Below, piece after piece: positions 55,115 to 64,000 of a stretch of 64,000 nucleotides of DNA (within the stretch, counting starts at the first letter, position 1; each line of letters begins with the position of its first letter). The notes beneath the pieces were generated by a model, which was not told the origin of the DNA, ran no database searches, and saw only the letters and a list, made by a program, of their open reading frames with translations. Source of the stretch: Oscillospiraceae bacterium (GTDB taxonomy: Bacteria; Bacillota; Clostridia; Oscillospirales; Acutalibacteraceae); contig SVPR01000007.1 in assembly GCA_015065785.1 (NCBI GenBank), forward strand, positions 35,634 through 99,633. The letters are read 5' to 3'. Made by a program: the position numbers and the translations under genes.

Positions 55115-56431
55115 ATGAGAATTGAAATACCGGATAAAATCAACAATATAATAAATCGCTTTCAGAAAAACGGATATGAGGCTTACTGTGTAGGTGGTAG
55201 TATCCGTGACAGCATAATGGGAGCTAAAGCTTACGATTGGGATATTACCACCTCGGCACTCCCCGCTGAAACAAAAGAGCTTTTTAAAGATGAAAAAATA
55301 ATAGAAACAGGAATTAAGCACGGAACTGTTTCAATTATAAAGGACCACGAAGCAATTGAAGTAACAACTTTCAGAATAGACGGTGAATATTCTGACAACC
55401 GTCACCCGGAGCAAGTATCGTTCACAAGAAGTCTCAAGGAGGATTTAAAAAGGCGTGACTTTACTGTAAATGCTTTAGCATATTCTCATTCAAGTGGTTT
55501 AATTGATTTATATGGCGGTATAAGTGATATTGAAAATAAAATAATAAGAACTGTAGGCGATGCCGAAAAAAGATTTAATGAAGACGGACTTCGGATTATG
55601 AGAGCGTTGCGCTTTGCTTCTACTTTAAATTTCACAATAGAAGAAGAAACTAAAAAAGCAATTCACGAGCAAAAAGAGCTTTTAAAGAATATTTCAGCAG
55701 AAAGAATTGCAGTTGAGCTCAACAAATTGCTTCTTGGTAATAATGTATTTAATATTTTAACTGAATTTGCAGATGTTTTCTCTGTTATAATTCCGGAAAT
55801 TGAGCCTTGCATTGACTTTAAACAATATGGCAAAAAACACGCCTACGATGTGTGGACTCATATCTGCCACACAGTTGACACAATTCCTGCAGACAGAATT
55901 TTAAGGCTCACTATGCTTTTGCACGATTTAGGAAAAGTACCGACTCACAAATTAAACGAAAATGGCGACAGTACATTTAAAAACCACGCAACAGTAGGTG
56001 GCGAAATGGCAAAAGAAATTTTAACCCGCTTACGCTATGACAAAAAGACTATAAACAAGGTTTCGTTTTTAGTCAGTCACCACGATTTTGAGCCACCTGA
56101 AACAAAAATTGAATTAAAGAAAAAAATGAAAATATTAACTGCCGAAGATGTAAGAACTCTTCTGACAATTAAAAAAAGTGACCGCGGTGCACTCTCAGAA
56201 AGCTTCAGAGATATAAGTAAAGAATCTTCACAAGTTTTAGTATGGCTTAAAGAAATTGAAGAAAATAACGAATGCGTTACCTTAGCTCAATTAAAGGTAA
56301 CAGGGAGCGACTTAATAAAACTTGGCTTTAAAAACGAAGAAATAGGGCAGAAATTAGATTATCTTTTAGACAATGTAATTGAAGAAAAAGCAGAAAACAG
56401 TAAAACGGCACTTTTATCATTACTATCATAG
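55115..56431 (+). CDS. cca: CCA-adding tRNA nucleotidyltransferase with HD domain
   Basis: CVGGSIRDSIMG...DWDITT head domain, RDFTVNA, LLHDLGK HD motif. Confidence 0.88.
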   Translation: MRIEIPDKINNIINRFQKNGYEAYCVGGSIRDSIMGAKAYDWDITTSALPAETKELFKDEKIIETGIKHGTVSIIKDHEAIEVTTFRIDGEYSDNRHPEQVSFTRSLKEDLKRRDFTVNALAYSHSSGLIDLYGGISDIENKIIRTVGDAEKRFNEDGLRIMRALRFASTLNFTIEEETKKAIHEQKELLKNISAERIAVELNKLLLGNNVFNILTEFADVFSVIIPEIEPCIDFKQYGKKHAYDVWTHICHTVDTIPADRILRLTMLLHDLGKVPTHKLNENGDSTFKNHATVGGEMAKEILTRLRYDKKTINKVSFLVSHHDFEPPETKIELKKKMKILTAEDVRTLLTIKKSDRGALSESFRDISKESSQVLVWLKEIEENNECVTLAQLKVTGSDLIKLGFKNEEIGQKLDYLLDNVIEEKAENSKTALLSLLS

Positions 56432-56519
56432 TTGACATTGCTATTATAATAGTATAAAATAACATTACTTATATAATGGTACATTATGTGCCACAAAAAA
56501 GACGGAAAAAGGTGATAAA

Positions 56520-58877
56520 ATGCGTAATTCATATCCTCTTAACTTCCAATGGAAATATTCTCCTACATTTTCTCCTGAAATGACAAAGGCAAAATTCAAC
56601 GATAAAGATTTTGAAACCGTTGATATTCCACACGCTAACAAAGAAATTCCTTTTAACTATTTTGATGAAAAGGTTTATCAATTTGTGAGCTGCTACCGTA
56701 AAGAATTTGATTTACCAAAGAAAGACGGCAAAAAATACATTCTTCATTTTGAGGGTGCGGCGGTTTACTCTAAGGTTTATCTTAACGATGAATTTTTGGG
56801 CGAATATAAAGGCGCTTATAATCGTTTTTCTTTTGATATTACAGATGTAGTAAATAAAAAGAATAATGTTCTGGTAGTTGAATTAGACTCAACAGAGCGT
56901 CCTGAAATTCCACCTTTCGGTAATGTTGTTGACTATTTAGTTTACGGCGGTATTTATCGTGAAGTTTGGATTGAAGAAGTAAGTGAAATTTATATTTCAG
57001 ATGTATTCGTAAGAACATTAAATATTCACCAGCCTAAAAAAGTACTCGATATGGATATTACTTTCTCAGAAAGTACCGAGGGCACTCTTAAATTCCGTTT
57101 AGAAAAAGACGGTAACACAATCGGTGAAAAAGAATGTAAAGTAAAAGGTTCTGTTATAAATGCTAAATGGGCAGTAGAAAATGTTAAGCTTTGGGATATA
57201 AACAACCCTGAGCTTTACACTCTCATTGTTTCATTCAACAATGAAGATGAATACAAAGTCCGCTTTGGTTTCAGAGAGGTTAAGTTCAGAAAAGACGGCT
57301 TCTACTTAAACGGCAAAAAAATTAAAATCCGCGGTCTTAACCGTCACCAGAGCTACCCTTATGTTGGTTACGCTATGCCCCAGAATGTTCAGAAAGCAGA
57401 CGCCGACTTACTTAAATATAAATTAGGTGTTAATTTAGTAAGAACCTCACACTACCCTAACAGCGTTCACTTCCTCAATCGTTGTGACGAAATTGGTCTT
57501 TTAGTGTTCACCGAAATGCCAAGCTGGCAATTCTTAGGTGAAGGCGAATGGCGTGATATATGCCTTGACAATGTTAAGAGAATGGTTATCCGTGACAGAA
57601 ACCACCCATCAGTAATTCTCTGGGGTGTTCGTGTTAACGAAGGTCTTGACTGTGACGAATTTTACACAGAAACAAATAAAATGGCTCGTTCGCTTGATAA
57701 CACCCGTCAGACCGGCGGTGTAAGAAATATGCCACGAAGCCATTTACTCGAAGATGTTTACACATATAACGACTTTTCACATTCAGGCGGTGCTGTTCAC
57801 CTTTTACCACCTGCAATTGTTACAGGTCTTAATGCACCTTATCTTGTTACAGAGCATAACGGTCATATGTACCCGACAAAATCATTTGACCGTGAGGCAT
57901 TAAGAACAGAACACGCTTTAAGACACACAAGAGTTCTTAATACTGCTTATGGCAATGACAGAATAAGCGGTGCTATTGGTTGGTGTATGGCAGACTACAA
58001 CACTCACAAGGACTTTGGTAGTGGTGATAAAATCTGTTACCATGGTGTTACAGATATGTTCCGTGTACCAAAATTAGGTGCAGCAGTTTACCGTTCACAA
58101 CAAGAAAACGAGCCATATTTAGAGGTTACTTCTGCTATGGATATCGGTGAGCACCCAGGCGGTGTTATTGGTAAGGTTTACATTTATTCTAACTGTGATT
58201 ATGTTAAGCTTTATAAAAATGGTAAATATACAAGTACAGTTTACCCTACTGACTCACCATTTAAAAATCTTCCGCACCCACCGGTTATTGCTGCTGACTT
58301 TATTGGTGATGCATTAACAGAGGTTGATAACTTAGACCCGACAACTGCTTCAATTTTAAAGCCTGCACTTGTTGCGGCTCAGGTTGAGCAATGGAAAATG
58401 CCACCTCACAATTTCTTAAGAGCGGGTGTCGCTATGATTACAGGCAGACTTTCGTTTAACAGAATGTTTGACCTTGTTACAAAATATATCGGTGGTTGGG
58501 GTGAGCAACAAATCACCTACCGTTTTGAAGGCTATAAAGACGGCGAATGTGTTGCTACTGTTGTAAGAACTGCTGTAGAATCTCTTAATTTAGAGGTTAA
58601 TGCAGACTCAACTGTATTAAAACAAGGCGACACCTACGATGCTACAAGAATTGAGTTAATCGTAAAAGACCAGAATGGCAACAGAGTACCTTTTGTTGAC
58701 AGCGCAGTTAAGGTTACTGTTGACGGCCCCGCTACTGTTATCGGCCCTACAGAATTCCCACTTATTGGTGGCGACAGAGCATTTTGGCTCAGAACAAATG
58801 GTAAAAAAGGAAAAATTAAAATTACAATAAATGCATCAGGAATTGAAGAAAAGACAATTGAATTAGTTTCTGAATAA
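56520..58877 (+). CDS. glycoside hydrolase family 2 (beta-galactosidase-like)
   Basis: 785 aa. NRHQSYP, VRTSHYPN, WGVRVNEG (acid/base NE), FTEMPSW (nucleophile E) pattern. Confidence 0.8.
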   Translation: MRNSYPLNFQWKYSPTFSPEMTKAKFNDKDFETVDIPHANKEIPFNYFDEKVYQFVSCYRKEFDLPKKDGKKYILHFEGAAVYSKVYLNDEFLGEYKGAYNRFSFDITDVVNKKNNVLVVELDSTERPEIPPFGNVVDYLVYGGIYREVWIEEVSEIYISDVFVRTLNIHQPKKVLDMDITFSESTEGTLKFRLEKDGNTIGEKECKVKGSVINAKWAVENVKLWDINNPELYTLIVSFNNEDEYKVRFGFREVKFRKDGFYLNGKKIKIRGLNRHQSYPYVGYAMPQNVQKADADLLKYKLGVNLVRTSHYPNSVHFLNRCDEIGLLVFTEMPSWQFLGEGEWRDICLDNVKRMVIRDRNHPSVILWGVRVNEGLDCDEFYTETNKMARSLDNTRQTGGVRNMPRSHLLEDVYTYNDFSHSGGAVHLLPPAIVTGLNAPYLVTEHNGHMYPTKSFDREALRTEHALRHTRVLNTAYGNDRISGAIGWCMADYNTHKDFGSGDKICYHGVTDMFRVPKLGAAVYRSQQENEPYLEVTSAMDIGEHPGGVIGKVYIYSNCDYVKLYKNGKYTSTVYPTDSPFKNLPHPPVIAADFIGDALTEVDNLDPTTASILKPALVAAQVEQWKMPPHNFLRAGVAMITGRLSFNRMFDLVTKYIGGWGEQQITYRFEGYKDGECVATVVRTAVESLNLEVNADSTVLKQGDTYDATRIELIVKDQNGNRVPFVDSAVKVTVDGPATVIGPTEFPLIGGDRAFWLRTNGKKGKIKITINASGIEEKTIELVSE

Positions 58878-58918
58878 TTTTAAAATACTCTTAATTTAGA
58901 ATAGGAATGAAAAACACA

Positions 58919-60853
58919 ATGGAAAAAAAGCCATATTATATTACAACTGCTATTGCTTACACATCACGAAAACCGCACATCGGTAACTCTTACGAAATTG
59001 TTTTAGCCGATGCTCTTGCGAGATTCAAGCGAATGCAGGGTTATGATGTATTTTTCCAGACAGGTACTGATGAGCACGGTCAGAAAATTGAAGAATACGC
59101 AGCCGAAGCCGGTATTTCTCCGAAAGAATATGTTGATAAAGTAGCAGGCGAAATCAAAGATGTTTGCGACTGCCTTAACACAACCTATGACAAATTCATT
59201 CGTACAACTGACGAGGACCACGAAAAATCAGTACAGAAAATCTTTGAAAAGCTCTACAATCAGGGTGATGTTTACAAAAGTGAATATGAAGGCTGGTACT
59301 GTGTACCTTGCGAAAGCTTCTTTACAGACTCTCAGTTAGTTGATGGCAAATGCCCTGACTGTGGCAGAGAAGTAAGAAAAGAAAAAGAAGAAGCATACTT
59401 CTTCAAAATTAGTAAATATCAAAAACAATTAGAAGAATACATTGAACAAAATCCAAACTTCATTTATCCTGAAAGTCGTAAAAAGGAAATGATAAATAAC
59501 TTCATTAAGCCGGGTCTTCAGGATTTATGTATTTCCCGTTCAACTTTTAAATGGGGTATCCCATTCCCGAATGACCCCAAACATGTTATTTATGTCTGGG
59601 TAGATGCTCTTCTCAACTATATCACAGGGCTTGGTTACAACCCTGACAACCAACCTGAAATGTATAAAAAATACTGGCCTGCTGATGTTCACATCATTGG
59701 TAAGGATATTCTCCGTTTCCACACAATTTATTGGCCAATTATGCTTATGGCATTAGGTGAGCCGTTACCAAAACAAGTTTTTGGTCATCCTTGGCTCCTT
59801 TCCGGCGAAGATAAAATGTCAAAATCCCGTGGTAATGTTATTTATGCTGATGACCTTTGCAATCGCTTCGGTGTTGACGCAGTGCGTTATTATCTTCTTT
59901 CAGAAATGCCACACGCACAAGATGGCTCAATCACCTACAGCACAATTATTGAGCGTTTCAATTCAGACCTCGCTAATACTTTAGGTAACCTTGTTAACCG
60001 TACAATCGCTATGAATAACAAGTATTTTGACGGTGTAATTCAGGCTCCTGTAGCGGAAGAAGAATTAGACAAGGAATTAAAAGAAATGGCTCTTTCTGTT
60101 CTTCCTGAGGTTACAAAGCTTCTTGACACTTACAGAGTAAGCGATGCACTTTCAAAAATATTTGAGCTTGCAAAAAGATGTAACAAATACATTGACGAAA
60201 CAATGCCTTGGGCACTCGCTAAGGACGAAGAAAAGAAAGCTCGTCTTGGTACAGTTCTTTACAATTTACTTGAAAGCATCCGCTTTATTGCAGTTTTATT
60301 AAAACCATTTATGCCAACTACTAGTGACGCTATATTCTCACAAATCAATTGTAATATTGATGATTTAGATTCACTCGGAAGTTTCGGTAAATTAGTAGCA
60401 GGTGGTAAAGTTGGTGAAGCAACCCCTCTCTTCTCCCGTATTGATATGGAAAAGACTTTAGCAGAAATCGAAGCATCTCTTCCTGAAGTAAAAGAAGAGG
60501 AAGAAGAAAAAACAATAGTAGGTCTTAAAGAGATTGAATTTGACGATTTTGCGAAAGTTGAACTTCGTGTTGCAAAGGTTTTAGAATGTGAGCCAATAAA
60601 AAAAGCTAAAAAGCTTTTGAAGCTCACACTTGATGATGGCACAAAGGAACCACGCACAGTAGCATCCGGTATTGCACAGTGGTATTCTCCTGATGACCTT
60701 ATTGGCAAAAGTGTTGTTATTGTTGCAAACTTAAAGCCAAGAACACTTTGCGGTGTTGAAAGTAAAGGTATGATTTTAGCAGGTGAGCTTAGTGAAGATA
60801 ATGTTAAAGTTCTCTTTGTTGACGGTATGCCTGCAGGTACAATTTTAGGATAA
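58919..60853 (+). CDS. metG: methionine--tRNA ligase with C-terminal tRNA-binding (EMAP-like) domain
   Basis: HIGNSY (HIGH) and KMSKS motifs, CxxC zinc knuckles, C-terminal VELRVAKVLECEPIKKAKKLLKLTLD. ATG 58919 preferred; the alternative ATG at 58907 abuts the RBS. Confidence 0.92.
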   Translation: MEKKPYYITTAIAYTSRKPHIGNSYEIVLADALARFKRMQGYDVFFQTGTDEHGQKIEEYAAEAGISPKEYVDKVAGEIKDVCDCLNTTYDKFIRTTDEDHEKSVQKIFEKLYNQGDVYKSEYEGWYCVPCESFFTDSQLVDGKCPDCGREVRKEKEEAYFFKISKYQKQLEEYIEQNPNFIYPESRKKEMINNFIKPGLQDLCISRSTFKWGIPFPNDPKHVIYVWVDALLNYITGLGYNPDNQPEMYKKYWPADVHIIGKDILRFHTIYWPIMLMALGEPLPKQVFGHPWLLSGEDKMSKSRGNVIYADDLCNRFGVDAVRYYLLSEMPHAQDGSITYSTIIERFNSDLANTLGNLVNRTIAMNNKYFDGVIQAPVAEEELDKELKEMALSVLPEVTKLLDTYRVSDALSKIFELAKRCNKYIDETMPWALAKDEEKKARLGTVLYNLLESIRFIAVLLKPFMPTTSDAIFSQINCNIDDLDSLGSFGKLVAGGKVGEATPLFSRIDMEKTLAEIEASLPEVKEEEEEKTIVGLKEIEFDDFAKVELRVAKVLECEPIKKAKKLLKLTLDDGTKEPRTVASGIAQWYSPDDLIGKSVVIVANLKPRTLCGVESKGMILAGELSEDNVKVLFVDGMPAGTILG

Positions 60854-60867
60854 TTTCAAGGAATTTT

Positions 60868-61644
60868 ATGGACTTCATTTTTGATACACACGCGCACTAT
60901 AACGACAAAGCATTTAATGAAGACAGAACCGCTTTGCTCGACTCTTTTTCAGAGTCGGGCATTTTGGGTGTAATAAATTGTGGTACAGATATTGAGTCTT
61001 CAAAAAAATCAATTAAACTTTCAGAACAATATGATTTTATATATTCAGCGGTAGGATTTCACCCTGAAGATATAAGTAAAGCAAACGAAAATTATTTGAG
61101 CGAAATTGAAGAGCTTTCACATCACAAAAAATGCGTTGCCATTGGTGAAATCGGGCTTGATTATTATTGGACTAAAGATAACAAAGAAGAGCAAAAAAGA
61201 ATTTTTACGGAACAGATTATTTTAGCTAATAAATTAAATTTGCCCGTAATTATTCATTCTCGTGATGCTCATAATGACACATTGGAAATCTTAAAAAAAC
61301 ATAAACCAAAAGGTGTGCTTCACTGCTTTTCGGGTAGTGTAGAAATTGCTAAAGAGGTTTTAAAGCTTGGTATGTATATCGGCCTTGGCGGTGCGGTTAC
61401 ATTTAAAAACGCCCGTATTCCGTTAGAGGTAGCAGAATTTTTACCACTCGACAGACTTCTTTTAGAAACCGATTGCCCATATATGAGCCCTGTGCCGTTC
61501 AGGGGTAAAAGAAATCAAAGCACATATATTTCGCATGTAGCAGAAAAAATAGCAGAAGTAAAAAATCTTACAAAAGAAGAAGTTCTTACAACTGCTAATA
61601 AAAATGCACTCCGGTTATTCAACATTAAAAATTCTAACGAATAA
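60868..61644 (+). CDS. tatD: TatD-family metal-dependent hydrolase
   Basis: FDTHAHY, GEIGLDYYW, IHSRDA, HCFSG, ETDCPY motifs. Confidence 0.9.
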   Translation: MDFIFDTHAHYNDKAFNEDRTALLDSFSESGILGVINCGTDIESSKKSIKLSEQYDFIYSAVGFHPEDISKANENYLSEIEELSHHKKCVAIGEIGLDYYWTKDNKEEQKRIFTEQIILANKLNLPVIIHSRDAHNDTLEILKKHKPKGVLHCFSGSVEIAKEVLKLGMYIGLGGAVTFKNARIPLEVAEFLPLDRLLLETDCPYMSPVPFRGKRNQSTYISHVAEKIAEVKNLTKEEVLTTANKNALRLFNIKNSNE

Positions 61645-61969
61645 TTTCTTTTAAAGCCTCCCCTGCTTCATCTGCTTCAATGATTTCTAAAAATCCGTAA
61701 TAGCCGTACATTTCATTCAGCTTTTCTAAAAACCATTTTTGTGCTCCGTAGTTTATAATTACTACGGTGCATTTTTTATGTATTCCACAAAACTCACAAA
61801 ACTCTCTTAAATTTTCAATCCTTGAAAAAATCTCATCATTTTCAGAAAAAACAGGCAATACTAGTGTAAACTTCTCTTCTTTCCAGTTTATGAATTTAAA
61901 AATCAGATACCTTAAAATACTCAGAATTCCTATTATTGCAAAAATCAGCATTGAAATTTCCGACACCAT
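61634..61969 (-). CDS. small membrane-anchored hypothetical protein
   Basis: ATG 61969 sits 5 nt after GGGGGTG. One N-terminal TM helix (ISMLIFAIIGILSILRYLIF). Convergent 11-nt overlap with tatD. Confidence 0.45.
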   Translation of the reverse strand: MVSEISMLIFAIIGILSILRYLIFKFINWKEEKFTLVLPVFSENDEIFSRIENLREFCEFCGIHKKCTVVIINYGAQKWFLEKLNEMYGYYGFLEIIEADEAGEALKEIIR

Positions 61970-62092
61970 AAAAGCACCCCCATAATCCATATTATTCTAT
62001 TGGTGCCAAATTGGTGATTTCATATTGAAAAAAGGCTGTTTTTGTGGTATGATAGTTATGTATTGATTTTAATTCAAATTTCGGAGGGTGTT

Positions 62093-63865
62093 ATGGAAAA
62101 ATTATTGACAAGATGGGGAAAAGCTTTAGACAAAAACTGCCCACTTAACGATTATCCAAGACCGCAATTTAAACGCGACAGCTTCATTAATTTAAATGGT
62201 GTCTGGAATTACGCTATTAATGAAGAAAACAAAAAATTCGGTGGCTACCAAGGGGAAATTGTAGTTCCTTTCAGCCCTGAAACAATTTTAAGCGGTGTTG
62301 AAAAATTAGTTATGCCTAACGATATTCTTTATTACCAAAGATTTTTCAATTTTACAAAAACAAAGTCAAAAGTACTTTTACATTTTGGTGCAGTTGACTA
62401 TAAATGCACTGTTACATTAAACGGGACAGTAGTTGGCGAACACACAGGTGGCTATTTACCATTCACCTTTGATGTTACTGCATTGATTTTAAATGGTGAA
62501 AATGATTTAAAGGTTACCGTTACCGACCCTACTGATACAGGCAGTCAGGCTCGTGGTAAGCAAACCTTTAACCGTGGCGGTATCTGGTACACACCGCAAT
62601 CCGGTATATGGCAGACAGTCTGGCTTGAGGAAGTTCCTTATGATTATATTACTTCAATAAAGCTCACACCTGACATTGACAATGACGAGCTCAATATTGA
62701 AGTAGCTTATTCTAACGAAATAATACCTGAAATTGGTGTTATGGTTATGGATAAAGACAAAATGAAAGCTGCAGCAAGGCTTATAGATGGTAAAGGTAAG
62801 GTTAAGCTTTCTGATTATGAGCTCTGGTCACCAGAAAATCCTTATCTTTATGATATTAAATTTGCCGCAGGTGAAGACAGAGTTGACAGCTACTTTGCAA
62901 TGAGAAAATTCAGCACAGGTACTGATTCAGACGGCACACCGAGATTTATGCTTAATAACAAGCCATATTTCTTTAATGGACTTTTAGACCAGGGCTACTG
63001 GTCAGACGGCCTTTACACAGCACCTTCTGATGAAGCATTAATCTACGACATTCAGACAATGAAAGATTTGGGCTTCAACACATTAAGAAAGCACATTAAA
63101 ATCGAGCCACTCCGCTGGTATTACCACTGTGACAGACTTGGTATGATTGTATGGCAGGATATGATTAACGGCGGTGGGAAATATAACCCTTTCGCTATTG
63201 GTACATTCCCTGCCCTTGCTATGATCTTTAACAACAAAAAAGTCGGCAGAATCTCTGACAATAAGAAGCATTACGGTTTCTATGCAAGAACTGACGAAAA
63301 AGGCAGAGCAGAATATTTTAAAGATTCTGAAGAAATGATAAAGCACCTTTACAATGTTCCGTCTCTCGCACTCTGGACTCCTTTCAATGAAGCATGGGGA
63401 CAATTTGATTCAGTTAAAGCTTGCGAATTTTATAGACAACAAGACCCGACAAGACTTATTGACCACGCAAGTGGTTGGGTTGACCACGGTGCAGGCGATG
63501 TGAATAGCTTCCACATTTACTTTACACCATTTATGTTCCCGAAATTTGATAAAAATGACACAAGACCCATAGGTCTTACAGAGTTCGGTGGCTATTCAAT
63601 GCGTTTTAGAGGTCACACATATAACAAAGAAAAATTCTTTGGTTACAGAAAATATTATTCCCAAGAAAAATTTGACGCTGCAATTAAGCACCTTTACGAA
63701 GACAGAATTTATAAATGTATGAAAGAAAAAGGTCTTTCAGCAATAATTTACACAGAGGTAAGTGATGTTGAAGACGAATTAAACGGACTTCTCACCTACG
63801 ACCGTGAAGTAGTAAAGGTTTCACCTGAAATGATGAAAGCGGCGAATGAAAAATTGAAACTTTAA
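62093..63865 (+). CDS. glycoside hydrolase family 2-like enzyme
   Basis: ATG 62093 after GGAGGG. LRKHIKIEP, WTPFNEAWGQ (acid/base), LTEFGGY (nucleophile) pattern. Confidence 0.75.
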   Translation: MEKLLTRWGKALDKNCPLNDYPRPQFKRDSFINLNGVWNYAINEENKKFGGYQGEIVVPFSPETILSGVEKLVMPNDILYYQRFFNFTKTKSKVLLHFGAVDYKCTVTLNGTVVGEHTGGYLPFTFDVTALILNGENDLKVTVTDPTDTGSQARGKQTFNRGGIWYTPQSGIWQTVWLEEVPYDYITSIKLTPDIDNDELNIEVAYSNEIIPEIGVMVMDKDKMKAAARLIDGKGKVKLSDYELWSPENPYLYDIKFAAGEDRVDSYFAMRKFSTGTDSDGTPRFMLNNKPYFFNGLLDQGYWSDGLYTAPSDEALIYDIQTMKDLGFNTLRKHIKIEPLRWYYHCDRLGMIVWQDMINGGGKYNPFAIGTFPALAMIFNNKKVGRISDNKKHYGFYARTDEKGRAEYFKDSEEMIKHLYNVPSLALWTPFNEAWGQFDSVKACEFYRQQDPTRLIDHASGWVDHGAGDVNSFHIYFTPFMFPKFDKNDTRPIGLTEFGGYSMRFRGHTYNKEKFFGYRKYYSQEKFDAAIKHLYEDRIYKCMKEKGLSAIIYTEVSDVEDELNGLLTYDREVVKVSPEMMKAANEKLKL

Positions 63866-63868
63866 TTT

Positions 63869-64000
63869 CAGGAATCAGGAAGCAGAAATCAGAAATCAGG
63901 GCTTCGCTAAAATTAAATTCATCCTATCATTTTTAGTTGGTATTAAAACCAATTGGAATGATAGGATGACTCTTTACATTTATAATTTGGGTTGAAAACA
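63869..64000 (+). repeat. composite element on the plus strand, truncated by the window end: heptad block, GCTTCGC, spacer, core hairpin
   Basis: Block CAGGAAT CAGGAAG CAGAAAT CAGAAAT CAGG (63869-63900), GCTTCGC (63901-63907), core hairpin 63920-63968 with 5' arm CATCCTATCATTTTTAGTTGGT. The expected inverted arm would lie beyond position 64000. Confidence 0.7.

Noticed and set aside
58878-58918. Looked for a T-box leader upstream of metG and a riboswitch upstream of the arg operon.
   Set aside because: Only about 40 nt separate the GH2 stop from the metG start, which is too short for a T-box. The arg leader shows protein-operator (ARG box) features instead.
1-64000. Searched by eye for mobile elements, prophage, defence systems, tRNA/rRNA genes and reverse transcriptase (a DGR could have explained the repeat-rich surface proteins).
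   Set aside because: No transposase, integrase, RT, cas, restriction-modification or toxin-antitoxin-like ORFs, no tRNA-like GTTCGA T-arm signatures, and no template-repeat/variable-repeat pair were seen. Absence is based on motif reading only and should be confirmed with tRNAscan-SE, Infernal and HMM searches.

Overview
64-kb chromosomal window from a low-GC, anaerobic, spore-forming Firmicute of class Clostridia. Cohesin and dockerin modules suggest a Ruminococcus/Oscillospiraceae-like organism, but the taxon is inference only. I support about 46 protein genes. I found no rRNA or tRNA genes and no transposase, integrase, phage or cas genes.

Gene content in order:
- An electron-bifurcating [FeFe]-hydrogenase operon (1-4572, minus).
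- Facing it, a divergent putative H2-sensing module: DRTGG / GHKL ATPase / HydS-like hydrogenase / DRTGG / PHP (4868-8048, plus).
- Two GPH sugar symporters.
- Four paralogous giant secreted proteins (9641-13639, 13708-16395, 25125-28271, 36791-41818). Together they carry 36 copies of one ~88-aa Fn3-like module and fill roughly 23 percent of the window.
- A TetR / dockerin protein / cyclophilin / GPH operon.
- A YgiQ radical-SAM / class II aldolase / amidohydrolase cluster.
- A seven-gene arginine operon argGHCJBDF with ARG-box operators.
- A degenerate-GGDEF/EAL regulator, a CheY-like protein, spoVAC, a YabE-like G5/3D wall protein, cca, metG, tatD and two GH2 glycosidases.

The most unusual material is non-coding:
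1. A family of composite terminator elements. Each has a nearly invariant core hairpin bracketed by sequence-variable, heptad-periodic, mutually complementary arms. There are four core copies at three loci: 20218-20262, 20767-20811, 41937-41979 and 63920-63968.
2. A 950-bp gene-free island (19985-20926) built from these modules. It includes a perfect 133-bp direct repeat flanking a 416-bp unique core that folds into a multi-stem RNA-like structure on the minus strand.
3. A 240-bp array of about ten different small hairpins joined by a constant heptamer (GTTATAT / ATATCAC) whose orientation flips at the centre (16527-16763).

None of these matches an RNA or repeat family I can name from memory. 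All need database and covariation checks.
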